Source: Longimicrobiales bacterium
GTDB lineage: Bacteria; Gemmatimonadota; Gemmatimonadetes; Longimicrobiales; Gaopeijiaceae
Reading direction: 5' to 3'
Assembly: GCA_965202805.1 (NCBI GenBank)
Contig: OZ241869.1
Coordinates: 2,880,001-2,944,000 of the forward strand
DNA: 64,000 nt
The position numbers and the translations under genes are program-made. Position 1 is the first letter of the stretch; every line of letters starts with the position of its first letter. Below are positions 8,972 through 18,670 of the stretch, piece by piece. Under the pieces are notes generated by a model. That model saw nothing but the letters and a program-made list of their open reading frames with translations. It made no database searches and was not told where the DNA came from.

Positions 8972-9391
8972 TCAGGCGCAGTGCTGGTCGAACGCGCTTC
9001 CCAGGTCGGCGGCGATCTGGTAGGCGGAATGCCCCTCGATCTGGTGGCGCTCCATCATGTACACGAGCTCGCCGTCCTTGAACAGCGCGACCGACGGCGA
9101 CGACGGCGGGTAGCCGGCGATGTACTCGCGCGCCTTGGCGGTGGCGTCCATGTCCTGACCCGCGAAGACGGTGGTCAGGATCTCGGGGCGGTTCTCGTGC
9201 TCCATCGCCAGCGCGACCCCGGGCCGCATGGCTCCCGCCGCGCAACCGCAGATCGAGTTCACGACCAGCAGCAGGGTGCGGTCTTCACCGTCCACGACCG
9301 CGTCCACCTGGTCGGCCGTGCGCAGCTCCTGAAAGCCCATGCGGACCAGTTCCGCGCGCATGGGGGCAACGATCATCTCGGGGTATGGCAT
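8972..9391 (-). CDS. BrxA/BrxB-family bacilliredoxin (DUF1094)
   Basis: NSICGCAAG (CGC motif), TVFAGQD, PPSSPSVALFKDG, RHQIEG. Confidence 0.9.
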   Translation of the reverse strand: MPYPEMIVAPMRAELVRMGFQELRTADQVDAVVDGEDRTLLLVVNSICGCAAGAMRPGVALAMEHENRPEILTTVFAGQDMDATAKAREYIAGYPPSSPSVALFKDGELVYMMERHQIEGHSAYQIAADLGSAFDQHCA

Positions 9392-9681
9392 CGCGAATCA
9401 CTCCGGTCGCTGGGGATAGCCTGGAACGGGATGGGGGCGGCGATGGCGTTTGCCGGATCGCCGCGGCCGACATCCTTTAGTGGGCGGAAAGTAACGCGGA
9501 GCGAACTGTCCCCTCAAGTCCTGGTACTATTGCCTGCAGGGCAGCCGCGGATCCAGGTTTCCCGAGCCCTCGCAGGGCCCCCCGGGGCTTCCGCGAAGGC
9601 GCCCCCTCCCGGGCGTCGGCTGCCGTTGCGCCTCTTTCGCCCAGGAAATCGCACACGGAAGCGGGAGGCCGCCGGACTCGC

Positions 9682-10206
9682 ATGGTGAAGGCCACGACCT
9701 GCATCGTTCATCTGCGCGTGAACGGAGACGACTACGCACCGGGCGTCCCCTCGCACTACACGCTGCTCGAGACGCTGCGCTACGTCATCGGGCTCACGGG
9801 CTCCAAGCAGGGCTGCGACAAGGGCGACTGCGGCGCATGCACGGTCATCCTCGATGGAGAGCCCCATCTGTCGTGCATCACCCCGGTCCTCGCGGCGGAG
9901 GGGCGCGAGATTCGTACCGTCGAGGGGCTCGCCGCCGCGGGACGGCCGCACCCGGTGCAGCACGCCTTCGATCTCAACGGGGCGGCGCAGTGCGGCTTCT
10001 GCACGCCCGGCATCCTCTGTTCGGCGGTCGCCCTCCTGGAGCGCAACGATGCCCCGAGCCGGACGGAGATCCGGGAAGCGCTCGCCGGCAATCTCTGCCG
10101 CTGCACCGGCTACACCAAGATCTACGATGCGGTCGAATCGGCGGCCGCGGTGTTGCGAATGGAATCCGGCGGAATGGAGACCGGCGGCGAGGAGACCGGC
10201 GAATGA
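9682..10206 (+). CDS. 2x[2Fe-2S] small subunit of a xanthine oxidase-family enzyme (HcrC/CoxS-like)
   Basis: GCDKGDCGACT, QCGFCTPG, GNLCRCTGY. Confidence 0.93.
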   Translation: MVKATTCIVHLRVNGDDYAPGVPSHYTLLETLRYVIGLTGSKQGCDKGDCGACTVILDGEPHLSCITPVLAAEGREIRTVEGLAAAGRPHPVQHAFDLNGAAQCGFCTPGILCSAVALLERNDAPSRTEIREALAGNLCRCTGYTKIYDAVESAAAVLRMESGGMETGGEETGE

Positions 10207-12713
10207 GCGATCGTCCGGGAGGTGGCCCGATGGGCGGCCCGGTCCTGGGGGATCTTCCCCTGTGGGATGCAAGGGGCGACGCGTCCGAGCCGGGTACCGG
10301 GACGGGGTCCGGCTTCACGGTCGTAGGCAAGCCGCAGCGCAAGGTGGACGGGCTGGCCAAGGCCACGGGCAAGGCGGCGTACACCGACGACATCTCGCTC
10401 CCGGGGATGCTGCACGGGAAGATCCTGCGGAGTCCGCACCCACACGCCCGCATCCTCTCCATCGATGCCTCCCGGGCGCTCGCGCTGGAGGGCGTGCACG
10501 CCGTGATCACGGGCCGGGACATGCCGGTCCGCTACGGCATCATTCCCTGGACACCCGACGAATACCCGCTGTGCGTGGAGCGGGTGCGCTACATCGGGGA
10601 CGGGGTCGCGGCGGTGGCGGCGGTGGACGAGGACACCGCGATCCGGGCGCTCGCGCTGATCCGCGTCGAGTACGAGGAACTGCCCGCCTGCCTCGATCCG
10701 GCGGAGGCGCTCGCGGCGGATGGCAGCGCGGAGCGTCCCTTCATCCACGAGCCTCGCCGGGAGGGGCGGAACGGCAACGTCACCAAGCGGGTGCGGCTCA
10801 GCTTCGGCGAAGTGGACGAGGGCATGGCGGAAGCGGACGTGGTGGTGGAGGGCGAGTACTTCTTCGAGGGCAGCACCCACACCCCCATCGAGCCGCACTG
10901 CGCCATCGGCCGCTACGACGAGAGCGGGCGCCTGACGGTGTGGTCGGCCACCCAGGTGCCCCACTACCTGCACCGCGAGCTGGGCTCGGTCCTGGGCCTG
11001 GATCCCGCGACCATACGCGTCATCCAGCCGCCCGTGGGCGGGGCGTTCGGCGGCAAGTCCGAGCCCTTCGACCTGGAGTTCTGCGTCGCCCGCCTGGCCA
11101 TGGTGACGGGGCGCCCGGTCAAGATCCTCTACACCCGCGAAGAGGTGTTCTACGCCCACCGCGGGCGGCATCCCTTCCACATGAAGTACCGGACCGGCGC
11201 CGACGGGGAGGGCAGGCTGCGGGCGGTGGACGCCGAGGTGGTGCTGGACGGGGGCGCCTACGCGTCCTTCGGGCTCGTGACCACGTATTACGCCGGCCAG
11301 TTGCTCACCGCGCCCTACGCCATGCCCGCGTACCGCTTCGATTCCACGCGCGTCTACACCAACAAGCCCGCATGCGGCCCGAAACGCGGCCACGGTTCGG
11401 TGCAGCCGCGCTTCGCCTTCGAAGTGCAGCTGGACAAGCTGGCCGAGAGACTGGGGATGGACCCCATCGAGCTCCGGCGCGTCAACTTCATGGGCAGCAA
11501 CACGCGCACGGTCAACGAGCTGCGCGTCACCTCGAACGGCTTCCTCGAGTGTCTGGAGGCCGTGGAGCGGGCCAGCGGCTGGCGGGAGCGCTTCCGCCGG
11601 CTGCCCCCGGGACGGGGACTCGGGGTGGCCGGATCGTGCTACATCTCCGGGACCAACTACCCTGTCTATCCGAACGAGATGCCGCAGTCGGCGATCCAGC
11701 TGCAGGTGGACAGGTCGGGGCGGGTGGCGGTGCTGAGCGGCGCGTCGGAGATCGGGCAGGGCTGCGATTCCATGGTGGCGTACATCACCGCCGAGGAGCT
11801 GGGCGTGCCGCTCGAGTACGTGCGCGTGCTGGCCGGCGACACCGACTTCACCCCGGTGGACCTGGGCGCCTATTCGTCGCGCATCACCTTCATGCTTGGC
11901 AACGCCTGCATCGACGCCGCGCGCAAGCTGCGGAGGAAGGTGCAGGAGGCCGTGGCCGAGGACTGGGATTGTCGGCCGGGCCAGGTTCAGCTGGCGGGCG
12001 GATGGGCGTACTTCGCGCCCGACACCGGGCGCCGGATGCGGATCGCGGAGGCGTTCAACCTGGCCGAGGCGCGCTTCGGCACGCTGGGAGCCACGGGCTG
12101 GTACAACACCCCGCGCGACAATCACGGCGACTATCGGGGCGGGACCATCGGCGCCTCGCCCGCGTACTCCTTCACGGCCCATGTGGCCGAGGTCGACGTG
12201 GATGTCGAGACCGGGGTCGTGGACGTGGTCCGGATCTGGGTGGCGCACGACTGCGGGCGCGCCCTGAATCCGTTGCTCGTGGAGGGCCAGATGGAGGGGT
12301 CCGTCTACATGGGCTTCGCCGAGGCGCTCATGGAGGAGCAGATCTTCAAGTCCGCCTCGCAGGGGCGCGCCGGGCTCCACAATGCGCCCTCGCTCCTCGA
12401 CTACCGCATCCCCACGAGCCTGGACACCCCGGAAATCGAGTCGCTGATCGTCGAGTCGATCGATCCGGAGGGGCCCTACGGCGCCAAGGAGGCGGGCGAG
12501 GGCCCGCTCCACTCCTCGATCCCGGCGATCGCCAACGCCATCTACGACGCAACCGGAGTGCGCATGGACCGTCTGCCCTTCTCGCCGCCGAATGTGTGGA
12601 AGGCCATACAGGAGGCCGGGGGCCCGAAGGCGCTGGAGCCGCCCCGGCGACGGGTGGCCGCGGCGCGAGAATCCGCGCGGCCCGACCGGGCGGCGGTGGG
12701 GGTGGGCGGATGA
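10203..12713 (+). CDS. Molybdopterin-binding large subunit, 4-hydroxybenzoyl-CoA reductase alpha-like
   Basis: ILRSPHPHARI, ATQVPHY, GGAFGGK, PKRGHG, DLGAYSSR, GQMEG, YGAKEAGEG; ATGA coupling to the small subunit. Confidence 0.88.
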   Translation: MSDRPGGGPMGGPVLGDLPLWDARGDASEPGTGTGSGFTVVGKPQRKVDGLAKATGKAAYTDDISLPGMLHGKILRSPHPHARILSIDASRALALEGVHAVITGRDMPVRYGIIPWTPDEYPLCVERVRYIGDGVAAVAAVDEDTAIRALALIRVEYEELPACLDPAEALAADGSAERPFIHEPRREGRNGNVTKRVRLSFGEVDEGMAEADVVVEGEYFFEGSTHTPIEPHCAIGRYDESGRLTVWSATQVPHYLHRELGSVLGLDPATIRVIQPPVGGAFGGKSEPFDLEFCVARLAMVTGRPVKILYTREEVFYAHRGRHPFHMKYRTGADGEGRLRAVDAEVVLDGGAYASFGLVTTYYAGQLLTAPYAMPAYRFDSTRVYTNKPACGPKRGHGSVQPRFAFEVQLDKLAERLGMDPIELRRVNFMGSNTRTVNELRVTSNGFLECLEAVERASGWRERFRRLPPGRGLGVAGSCYISGTNYPVYPNEMPQSAIQLQVDRSGRVAVLSGASEIGQGCDSMVAYITAEELGVPLEYVRVLAGDTDFTPVDLGAYSSRITFMLGNACIDAARKLRRKVQEAVAEDWDCRPGQVQLAGGWAYFAPDTGRRMRIAEAFNLAEARFGTLGATGWYNTPRDNHGDYRGGTIGASPAYSFTAHVAEVDVDVETGVVDVVRIWVAHDCGRALNPLLVEGQMEGSVYMGFAEALMEEQIFKSASQGRAGLHNAPSLLDYRIPTSLDTPEIESLIVESIDPEGPYGAKEAGEGPLHSSIPAIANAIYDATGVRMDRLPFSPPNVWKAIQEAGGPKALEPPRRRVAAARESARPDRAAVGVGG

Positions 12714-13720
12714 GCGCAACTGCACGGCGGGGAGCGCCGGCGCACGTAATACAGGCGTATTACAGGCTTCTGGCGCGCCCCTTGGCGGCCATCGTCGCGC
12801 TTCTGGCCCTTGCCTCGTGTGATTCGGGATCTGCCGCCGAAGAGGCCCGCCTGCTGGCGATGTCCGAGGGGACGGCGGAGGACTGGGACATCGTGAGCTC
12901 CACCCTGGCCCGCGCCTGGGACGAAGAGCTGCACCTCCTCCCGCTGGGCGAGACCATGGCGCGCATCGGGGTGAGCTTCGTGGGCACCGCGTATGTGCCC
13001 GCGACGCTGGAGGTGGAGGGTCCCGAGCGGCTGGTCGTCAACCTGAGGCAACTCGACTGCGTCACCTTCGTCGAGAACGTGCTCGCGCTGGGCCGCTTCG
13101 TTCATCTCCACGACCCGTCCGTGCTCGAGGACGAGGAGCGGCTGCGCGACGAGTACCGGCGCCTGCTCACCGGGATCCGGTACCGGGGAGGGAAGCTCGA
13201 GGGCTATCCGAGCCGGCTTCACTACTTCTCGGAGTGGATCGCCGACAACGAGATGCGCGGGCTCGTGCGCGACGTCTCCCGGGAGTTGGGCGGGGCGCCC
13301 GACGACACCCCGATCGACTTCATGTCGACGCACCCGGACGCCTACCGGCAGCTTTCCGAACCCGGCGTGGTCGACGAGATCGCGCGCACGGAGGCGCGGC
13401 TGAGCGCGCGGCCGCGCTACTACATCGGCGAGGAGCACATCGAGGCAGCGGCTCACGGCATCGCCGACGGCGACATCATCGCCGCCACGTCCACCGTTGC
13501 GGGCCTCGACATCGCGCACACCGGGCTGGCGCTGGTGCGGGACGGCAGCGTGTTCCTGCTGCACGCGCCCCTGGTCGGGTCCGAGGTCCAGATCAGCGAG
13601 GTTCCGCTCTCGGAGCGCGTGCGGCGCATCGGAGGCCAGGACGGGATCATGGTTGCGAGGCCGCTGGATCCGGGCGGTGCGGACGAAGAGCCCGCCAATG
13701 CGCCCGCAAGAGATCGCTGA
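12710..13720 (+). CDS. DUF1460 N-acetylmuramoyl-L-alanine amidase-like lipoprotein (NlpC/P60-related)
   Basis: Lipobox LASC; GTAYVPATLE, LDCVTFVE, SRLHYFSEW, GDII, GLDIAHTG, LLHA. Confidence 0.85.
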   Translation: MSATARRGAPAHVIQAYYRLLARPLAAIVALLALASCDSGSAAEEARLLAMSEGTAEDWDIVSSTLARAWDEELHLLPLGETMARIGVSFVGTAYVPATLEVEGPERLVVNLRQLDCVTFVENVLALGRFVHLHDPSVLEDEERLRDEYRRLLTGIRYRGGKLEGYPSRLHYFSEWIADNEMRGLVRDVSRELGGAPDDTPIDFMSTHPDAYRQLSEPGVVDEIARTEARLSARPRYYIGEEHIEAAAHGIADGDIIAATSTVAGLDIAHTGLALVRDGSVFLLHAPLVGSEVQISEVPLSERVRRIGGQDGIMVARPLDPGGADEEPANAPARDR

Positions 13721-14716
13721 ATGCTGCGCCTGCCCCCGTTCCGCTATCACCGGCCCCGAACGGTCGACGAAGCCGTGGGGCTGCTGGACCGCTGGGGGAG
13801 CCGGGCGCTTCCGGTCTCCGGGGGCACCGACCTCATCCCCAACATGAAGCACCGGCTGTTCACTCCCGACCACCTGGTCGCGCTCAGGCAGATCCCCGGC
13901 ATGAGAGGGGTCCGGCGCGAAGGCAGCGCCCTCGTGATCGGCGGGGCGGAGACGCTGGCGTCGGTGGCGCGGCATCCGGAGGTGCGGCGGCGGTTCCCGT
14001 CGCTGGCCGCGGCCGCCGGGCAGGTGGCGGGGCCGCAGTTGCGCAACATGGGCACCCTGGGAGGCAACATCTGCCTGGACACCCGCTGCACCTACTACAA
14101 CCAGACGGAGTTCTGGCGGGATGCCCTCGGGTACTGCCTGAAGAAGGATGGAGACGTCTGCCACGTCACCCGCGTGGGGAAGAAGTGCGTGGCCGCGCAC
14201 TCGGCGGATACCCCGCCCGTGCTCATGACCCTGGGCGCGAGCGTGGAGCTGGCCGGGCCGGAAGGGCGCCGGGCAGTGGGGCTGAACGACTTCTTCCTGG
14301 CCGACGGCATCTGGAACAGTCGCAGGAAACCGGGCGAGATCGTGACCCGGGTGCGCATTCCGTTTCCCTCGCGCGACAGCCGCGCGGCGTACACCAAGCT
14401 GCGCCAGCGCCGCTCGATCGACTTCCCGCTGCTCTCGGTGGCGGTCTCCGCCGACTTCCAGCGCTCCGGAAGGGTCTGCCAGATCATGGGCGTGGTGACC
14501 GCGCTGGGGGCCCGTCCGCGGCTGCTGACGGGGTGGGCCCGCATCGCCCTGGGCCGCACGCTCTCAACCGAGGTGATCGAGACCCTCGCGGAGCGGGCCC
14601 ACCGCCAGTGTCATCCGCTGGAGAACGCGATCGTCGATGCGGACTGGCGGCGGGCGATGGTGCCGGTTCAGGTTCGTCTTGCACTCGGGGCGCTGCGGGA
14701 GCGGGGCGGCGCCTGA
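13721..14716 (+). CDS. FAD-binding medium subunit with a [4Fe-4S] insertion (HcrB/PaoB-like)
   Basis: SGGTDLIP, QLRNMGTLGGN, Cys-rich insert RCTYY...CLKKDGDVCH...KKC, KLRQRRSIDF. Confidence 0.9.
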   Translation: MLRLPPFRYHRPRTVDEAVGLLDRWGSRALPVSGGTDLIPNMKHRLFTPDHLVALRQIPGMRGVRREGSALVIGGAETLASVARHPEVRRRFPSLAAAAGQVAGPQLRNMGTLGGNICLDTRCTYYNQTEFWRDALGYCLKKDGDVCHVTRVGKKCVAAHSADTPPVLMTLGASVELAGPEGRRAVGLNDFFLADGIWNSRRKPGEIVTRVRIPFPSRDSRAAYTKLRQRRSIDFPLLSVAVSADFQRSGRVCQIMGVVTALGARPRLLTGWARIALGRTLSTEVIETLAERAHRQCHPLENAIVDADWRRAMVPVQVRLALGALRERGGA

Positions 14717-14763
14717 GTCAATCCAACCCGACCCGACCAACCGAAACCACACCGAGCAACCAT

Positions 14764-16008
14764 ATGCGCGCCGTCCGTTTTCACGTTTCCATTCCCGGTT
14801 ACCTGATTGCCAAGTCCCTCGGCCGGGTGACCGACTGGGCGCTCTTCGGGGCCGCCGGGGGCGTCAAGCTGGAGGAGTTGCCTGCCCCCGCGCTGCCGGG
14901 GCCGTCGTGGGTGGGGCTGGAGGTGCTGCAGAGCGGCATCTGCGGCTCGGACATCAGCAACGTGACCTATGCCGCCAGCCCGTCGATGGAGCCCTTCGGC
15001 TCCTTCCCGGCGGTGCTCGGACACGAGGTTCTCGCCCGGGTGGCGGAGACCGGGCCGCAGGTGCGCGGGCTGGAGGTGGGCCAGCGGGTGGTGGTGGACC
15101 CGATGATCTCCTGCACCACCCGGGGCTTTGGCGCGGCGGACGACTGCCGCTCCTGCGACGCGGGGCTCCACTCCACGTGCGAGCGGGCGGGGGAGGAGGG
15201 CCCCGCGCGCGAGGACGGCAGCCGCCTGGGGCGCGGGCTCACCATCGGCTACCACGGCGATCTGCCGGGAGGCTGGGCGGAGCGCATGCTGGCGCACGAG
15301 AGCCAGTTGTTTCCGGTTCCGGACGCCATCCCCGACCGCCGCGCGGTCCTGACCGAACCGGTCTCCATCGGGTTGCACGGCGCGCTCCGCAGCCCCCCGC
15401 ACCCGGACGAGCCCGTGCTCGTGATCGGCAGCGGCCCCATCGCGCTGGGCACCATCTGGGCCTTGCGCGCGCTGGGCTTCGACGGGTTTCTGCTGGGGCA
15501 GACCAAGCGCCGGCACGAAGCGGAGCTGGCGCGCGCCTTCGGCGCCTCCGACGTGGTGTCGCCAGGTCTGGAGGCGCGCAACGCGCTGGTCGACACCGGA
15601 GCCGTGGCCTATCAGCCCATCGTGGGCCCCGAAGTCTTCGAGCGGGGAGGGTTTCCGCTGATCTTCGACTGCGTGGGCAGCGCGGGAAGCCTTTCCCAGG
15701 CGCTGAGCTTCGCCGCCCCGCGGGGACGCGTGGTGATGCTGGGATGCGCGGGCCGGACCACGCTCGACCTGACGGCGATGTGGGCCCGGGAGCTCGACCT
15801 GAAGGGCTACGTGGGCTACGGCCAGGAGCGCTGGCGGGGCGGGACCCGCCACACCATGGCGATCGCGCACGAACTGATGGAAGAGACGGGCACGCCTCTG
15901 GAGAAGATGGTGACCCACGTCTTCCCGCTGGCACAGTTCCGCACGGCGCTGGGCGCCGCCGCCAACCATCGCGCGAGCGGGGCGGTGAAGGTGGTGCTGG
16001 AGCCGTGA
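14764..16008 (+). CDS. Zinc-dependent medium-chain alcohol dehydrogenase
   Basis: GICGSD, LGHEV, structural Zn cysteines C...CRSC...C, GSGPIAL. Confidence 0.88.
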   Translation: MRAVRFHVSIPGYLIAKSLGRVTDWALFGAAGGVKLEELPAPALPGPSWVGLEVLQSGICGSDISNVTYAASPSMEPFGSFPAVLGHEVLARVAETGPQVRGLEVGQRVVVDPMISCTTRGFGAADDCRSCDAGLHSTCERAGEEGPAREDGSRLGRGLTIGYHGDLPGGWAERMLAHESQLFPVPDAIPDRRAVLTEPVSIGLHGALRSPPHPDEPVLVIGSGPIALGTIWALRALGFDGFLLGQTKRRHEAELARAFGASDVVSPGLEARNALVDTGAVAYQPIVGPEVFERGGFPLIFDCVGSAGSLSQALSFAAPRGRVVMLGCAGRTTLDLTAMWARELDLKGYVGYGQERWRGGTRHTMAIAHELMEETGTPLEKMVTHVFPLAQFRTALGAAANHRASGAVKVVLEP

Positions 16009-16057
16009 GGTCCGGTAAGCGGGGATTCCGGGGGGCGGGCGCGCCGCCACCGGGCGC

Positions 16058-16063
16058 TATAAT
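16058..16063 (+). promoter_or_regulatory. Consensus -10 element (TATAAT), probable leaderless promoter
   Basis: TATAAT in GC-rich context, 7 nt upstream of ATG 16071, no SD. Confidence 0.6.
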
Positions 16064-16070
16064 GTTCGGC

Positions 16071-17666
16071 ATGCGCAAGTTCAACACCGAAGGGCCGGTC
16101 GTCACTCGCCGGCACTATTGCGTCCCGCCGCTCGAGCGCGTCGACCTCGCCGGGATTCTGGGGCTGATCCGGGACGAACGTTATTTCGTGTTGCACGCAC
16201 CTCGCCAGACCGGCAAGACCTCGACTCTGCTGGCGCTGCGCGACCTGCTCAACAGCGGCGCGGAGGGCAACTTCCGGTGCGTCTACGCCAACGTGGAAGT
16301 CGCTCAGACCGCGCGTGAAGACGTCGGACGCGCCATGCGGGCCATCCTGAGCAGGATGTCCAACGGGGCACTGGAGATCGGCGACGAATACCTCGCCCGG
16401 AATGCCCGCGGCATTCTTGAGGATGCCGGCCCGGATGACGCCCTCACCACGGCGCTGACCCGCTGGAGCCTGGCCGATTCCCGGCCGCTCGTGCTGTTCA
16501 TCGACGAGATCGACTCGCTGATCGGTGACAGTCTGATCGCCGTCCTGCGCCAGCTGCGCGCCGGATACCATCAACGGCCCCGGAGCTTCCCGCAGAGCGT
16601 GGTGTTGTGCGGGGTGCGGGACGTGCGCGACTACCGCATCCGTTCGAACTCGGAGAACGCCGTAATCGCGGGGGGCAGCGCGTTCAACGTCCGGGCCGGG
16701 TCGCTCCGCCTGGGGGACTTCACCCGGGCCGAGGTGCGCGCGCTGCTCGCTCAGCACACCACCGAGACCGGCCAGGCGTTCGAGCGGGAGGCTCTCGATG
16801 CGGTGTGGACCGGAACCCGCGGCCAGCCGTGGCTGGTGAACGCGCTCTGCCGGCGGGCCTGCTTCGACACTGCGGGCGGGCGCGACCGCTCGCGGGCTAT
16901 CGATGTCGGCGACATCCTCGACGCCCGGGAGTACCTGATCGAGAGCCGGCAGGTGCATCTGGACCAGCTCGCCGACAAGCTGCGCGAGGACCGCGTGCGG
17001 CGCGTGATCGAGCCGCTGCTGAGCGGCGGCGGGGAGAGCGACGCCTCGGCCCGGGACCTGGATTACGTCCGCGATCTCGGTCTCATCGCGCGGGACGGCC
17101 CGCCGCGCATTGCGAACCCGGTCTATGCGGAGGTGGTGCCGCGCGAACTCACGTACGCGGTGCAGGCGACGCTCCTCCAGGATCCGGCCTGGTACGTGGA
17201 TGCCCGGGGCGGGCTGGATGCCGACGCGCTCCTGGCAGCCTTTCAGGGCTTTTTCCGCGAGCACTCGGAGCACTGGGTGGGGCGTTTCGACTACCGGGAG
17301 GCGGGGCCGCAGTTGCTGCTGCAGGCGTTCCTGCAGCGGGTCGTGAACGGCGGCGGGCGCATCGAGCGCGAATACGGGCTGGGCCGGGGGCGCACCGATC
17401 TGCTCCTGATGTGGCCGCGGGGCGGCGCGCAGGGGCCCGGCGTTCCGTTCGACCGGTTCGCGGTCGAGTGCAAGGTGCTGCGCGGGAGCCTTGAGCGCAC
17501 GATCACCGAAGGGCTCGCGCAGACGGCGGGCTACATGGACCGCTGCGCCGCGCGCGCCGGGCATCTGGTGATCTTCGACCGCCGCGAGGGGAAGGCCTGG
17601 GACGAGAAGATCTTCCGGCGCGAGGAATCCGCGAGCGGACGCAGGATCGTAGTCTGGGGAATGTAG
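16071..17666 (+). CDS. AAA-like ATPase with C-terminal PD-(D/E)XK nuclease-like domain
   Basis: Walker A APRQTGKTS, Walker B LVLFIDEID, GQPWLVNAL, C-terminal EREY...GRTDLL...AVECK. Confidence 0.85.
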   Translation: MRKFNTEGPVVTRRHYCVPPLERVDLAGILGLIRDERYFVLHAPRQTGKTSTLLALRDLLNSGAEGNFRCVYANVEVAQTAREDVGRAMRAILSRMSNGALEIGDEYLARNARGILEDAGPDDALTTALTRWSLADSRPLVLFIDEIDSLIGDSLIAVLRQLRAGYHQRPRSFPQSVVLCGVRDVRDYRIRSNSENAVIAGGSAFNVRAGSLRLGDFTRAEVRALLAQHTTETGQAFEREALDAVWTGTRGQPWLVNALCRRACFDTAGGRDRSRAIDVGDILDAREYLIESRQVHLDQLADKLREDRVRRVIEPLLSGGGESDASARDLDYVRDLGLIARDGPPRIANPVYAEVVPRELTYAVQATLLQDPAWYVDARGGLDADALLAAFQGFFREHSEHWVGRFDYREAGPQLLLQAFLQRVVNGGGRIEREYGLGRGRTDLLLMWPRGGAQGPGVPFDRFAVECKVLRGSLERTITEGLAQTAGYMDRCAARAGHLVIFDRREGKAWDEKIFRREESASGRRIVVWGM

Positions 17667-17706
17667 GGGCGACGTCGGCCCGATTCCAGGCTGTCAGATG
17701 TTCGCG

Positions 17707-18168
17707 CTATGACGGACGCTGGCGCCTTTCTTCGCGCCCGGCCATGAACAGCCCAAGAAAGTAAGCGGCGACCGCCACCGTGAGCGTTCCTGCCGACACG
17801 AGTGATCGCGTCCGAGCTGTTTCGGCGGGTTGGAGATCAGGGCCGCCACCGATCTGGCCCCGAAGCACCCGGGCGCTGTCCAGAATCTCTCTTGCCCTCT
17901 GCATCGCAACCGAGTCCAGAGTTCCCTCGCCCGCCGCCAGGACCGCGTCCAACGTGTCCGTTATCGCTGTAAGCCGACGGTCTGCGGACTGGAATCGCGC
18001 CGATGCGGCTCGGGCATCTTCGAGGTCGATCACCGCCATGGCTGCGGCGACCGATACCGCGCACCACCCTACGAGGAGCAACGCAGCCGTCCATTTTGGC
18101 AGAACCGCGTATGCGCGGCGAGTCTGGTCCACTGCGGACGGCTCTTCGTTGGGGCGGGACGGTTCCAT
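17707..18168 (-). CDS. Hypothetical two-TM membrane protein
   Basis: Two hydrophobic segments flanking a helical loop; starts 9 bp after the sufU stop. Confidence 0.6.
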   Translation of the reverse strand: MEPSRPNEEPSAVDQTRRAYAVLPKWTAALLLVGWCAVSVAAAMAVIDLEDARAASARFQSADRRLTAITDTLDAVLAAGEGTLDSVAMQRAREILDSARVLRGQIGGGPDLQPAETARTRSLVSAGTLTVAVAAYFLGLFMAGREERRQRPS

Positions 18169-18177
18169 TCGGTCCTC

Positions 18178-18645
18178 TCAGTCTCCCGTCGAGCCATCGG
18201 CCTGGCCCCGGACCCGCTTCGCGGCCTCCTGCAGCGCGTCGAAGCCGAGCAGCGCGCACTTGATGCGCACCGGGAACTTGCTCACCCCCTGAAGCGCGCG
18301 CAGTTCGCCCAGCGTCCTGTCGCGGGCGGCTTCCTTGCTCCCGTGCATCATCTCGGTGAAGCGCTCGGCGAGCACCAGGCCCTCGGCGAGGGTCTTCCCC
18401 TTCAGGCGAACGGTCATCATCGACACCGAGGCCTGCGAGATGGAGCAGCCGTGGCCGAGGAAGGTGGCGGCGGTCACCCGCTGCTCGGCATCCACCGCCA
18501 GGTACAACTGGATATCGTCGCCGCAGACGGGGTTGTTCATGTGCACGACCACCGTCGCGACGGGCAGCCGGCCCTTGTTTCGCGGCTTGCGGTAGTGCTC
18601 GAGGATGAGCTGCTGGTAGAGCGAACTCAGGGCGATCTGGGTCAT
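18178..18645 (-). CDS. sufU: SUF system NifU-like protein SufU
   Basis: LYQQLILEHY, NPVCGD, GCSISQAS, RIKCALL. Confidence 0.93.
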   Translation of the reverse strand: MTQIALSSLYQQLILEHYRKPRNKGRLPVATVVVHMNNPVCGDDIQLYLAVDAEQRVTAATFLGHGCSISQASVSMMTVRLKGKTLAEGLVLAERFTEMMHGSKEAARDRTLGELRALQGVSKFPVRIKCALLGFDALQEAAKRVRGQADGSTGD

Positions 18646-18670
18646 GGTGCGGTTTCCGCGGTCGGTCGCC

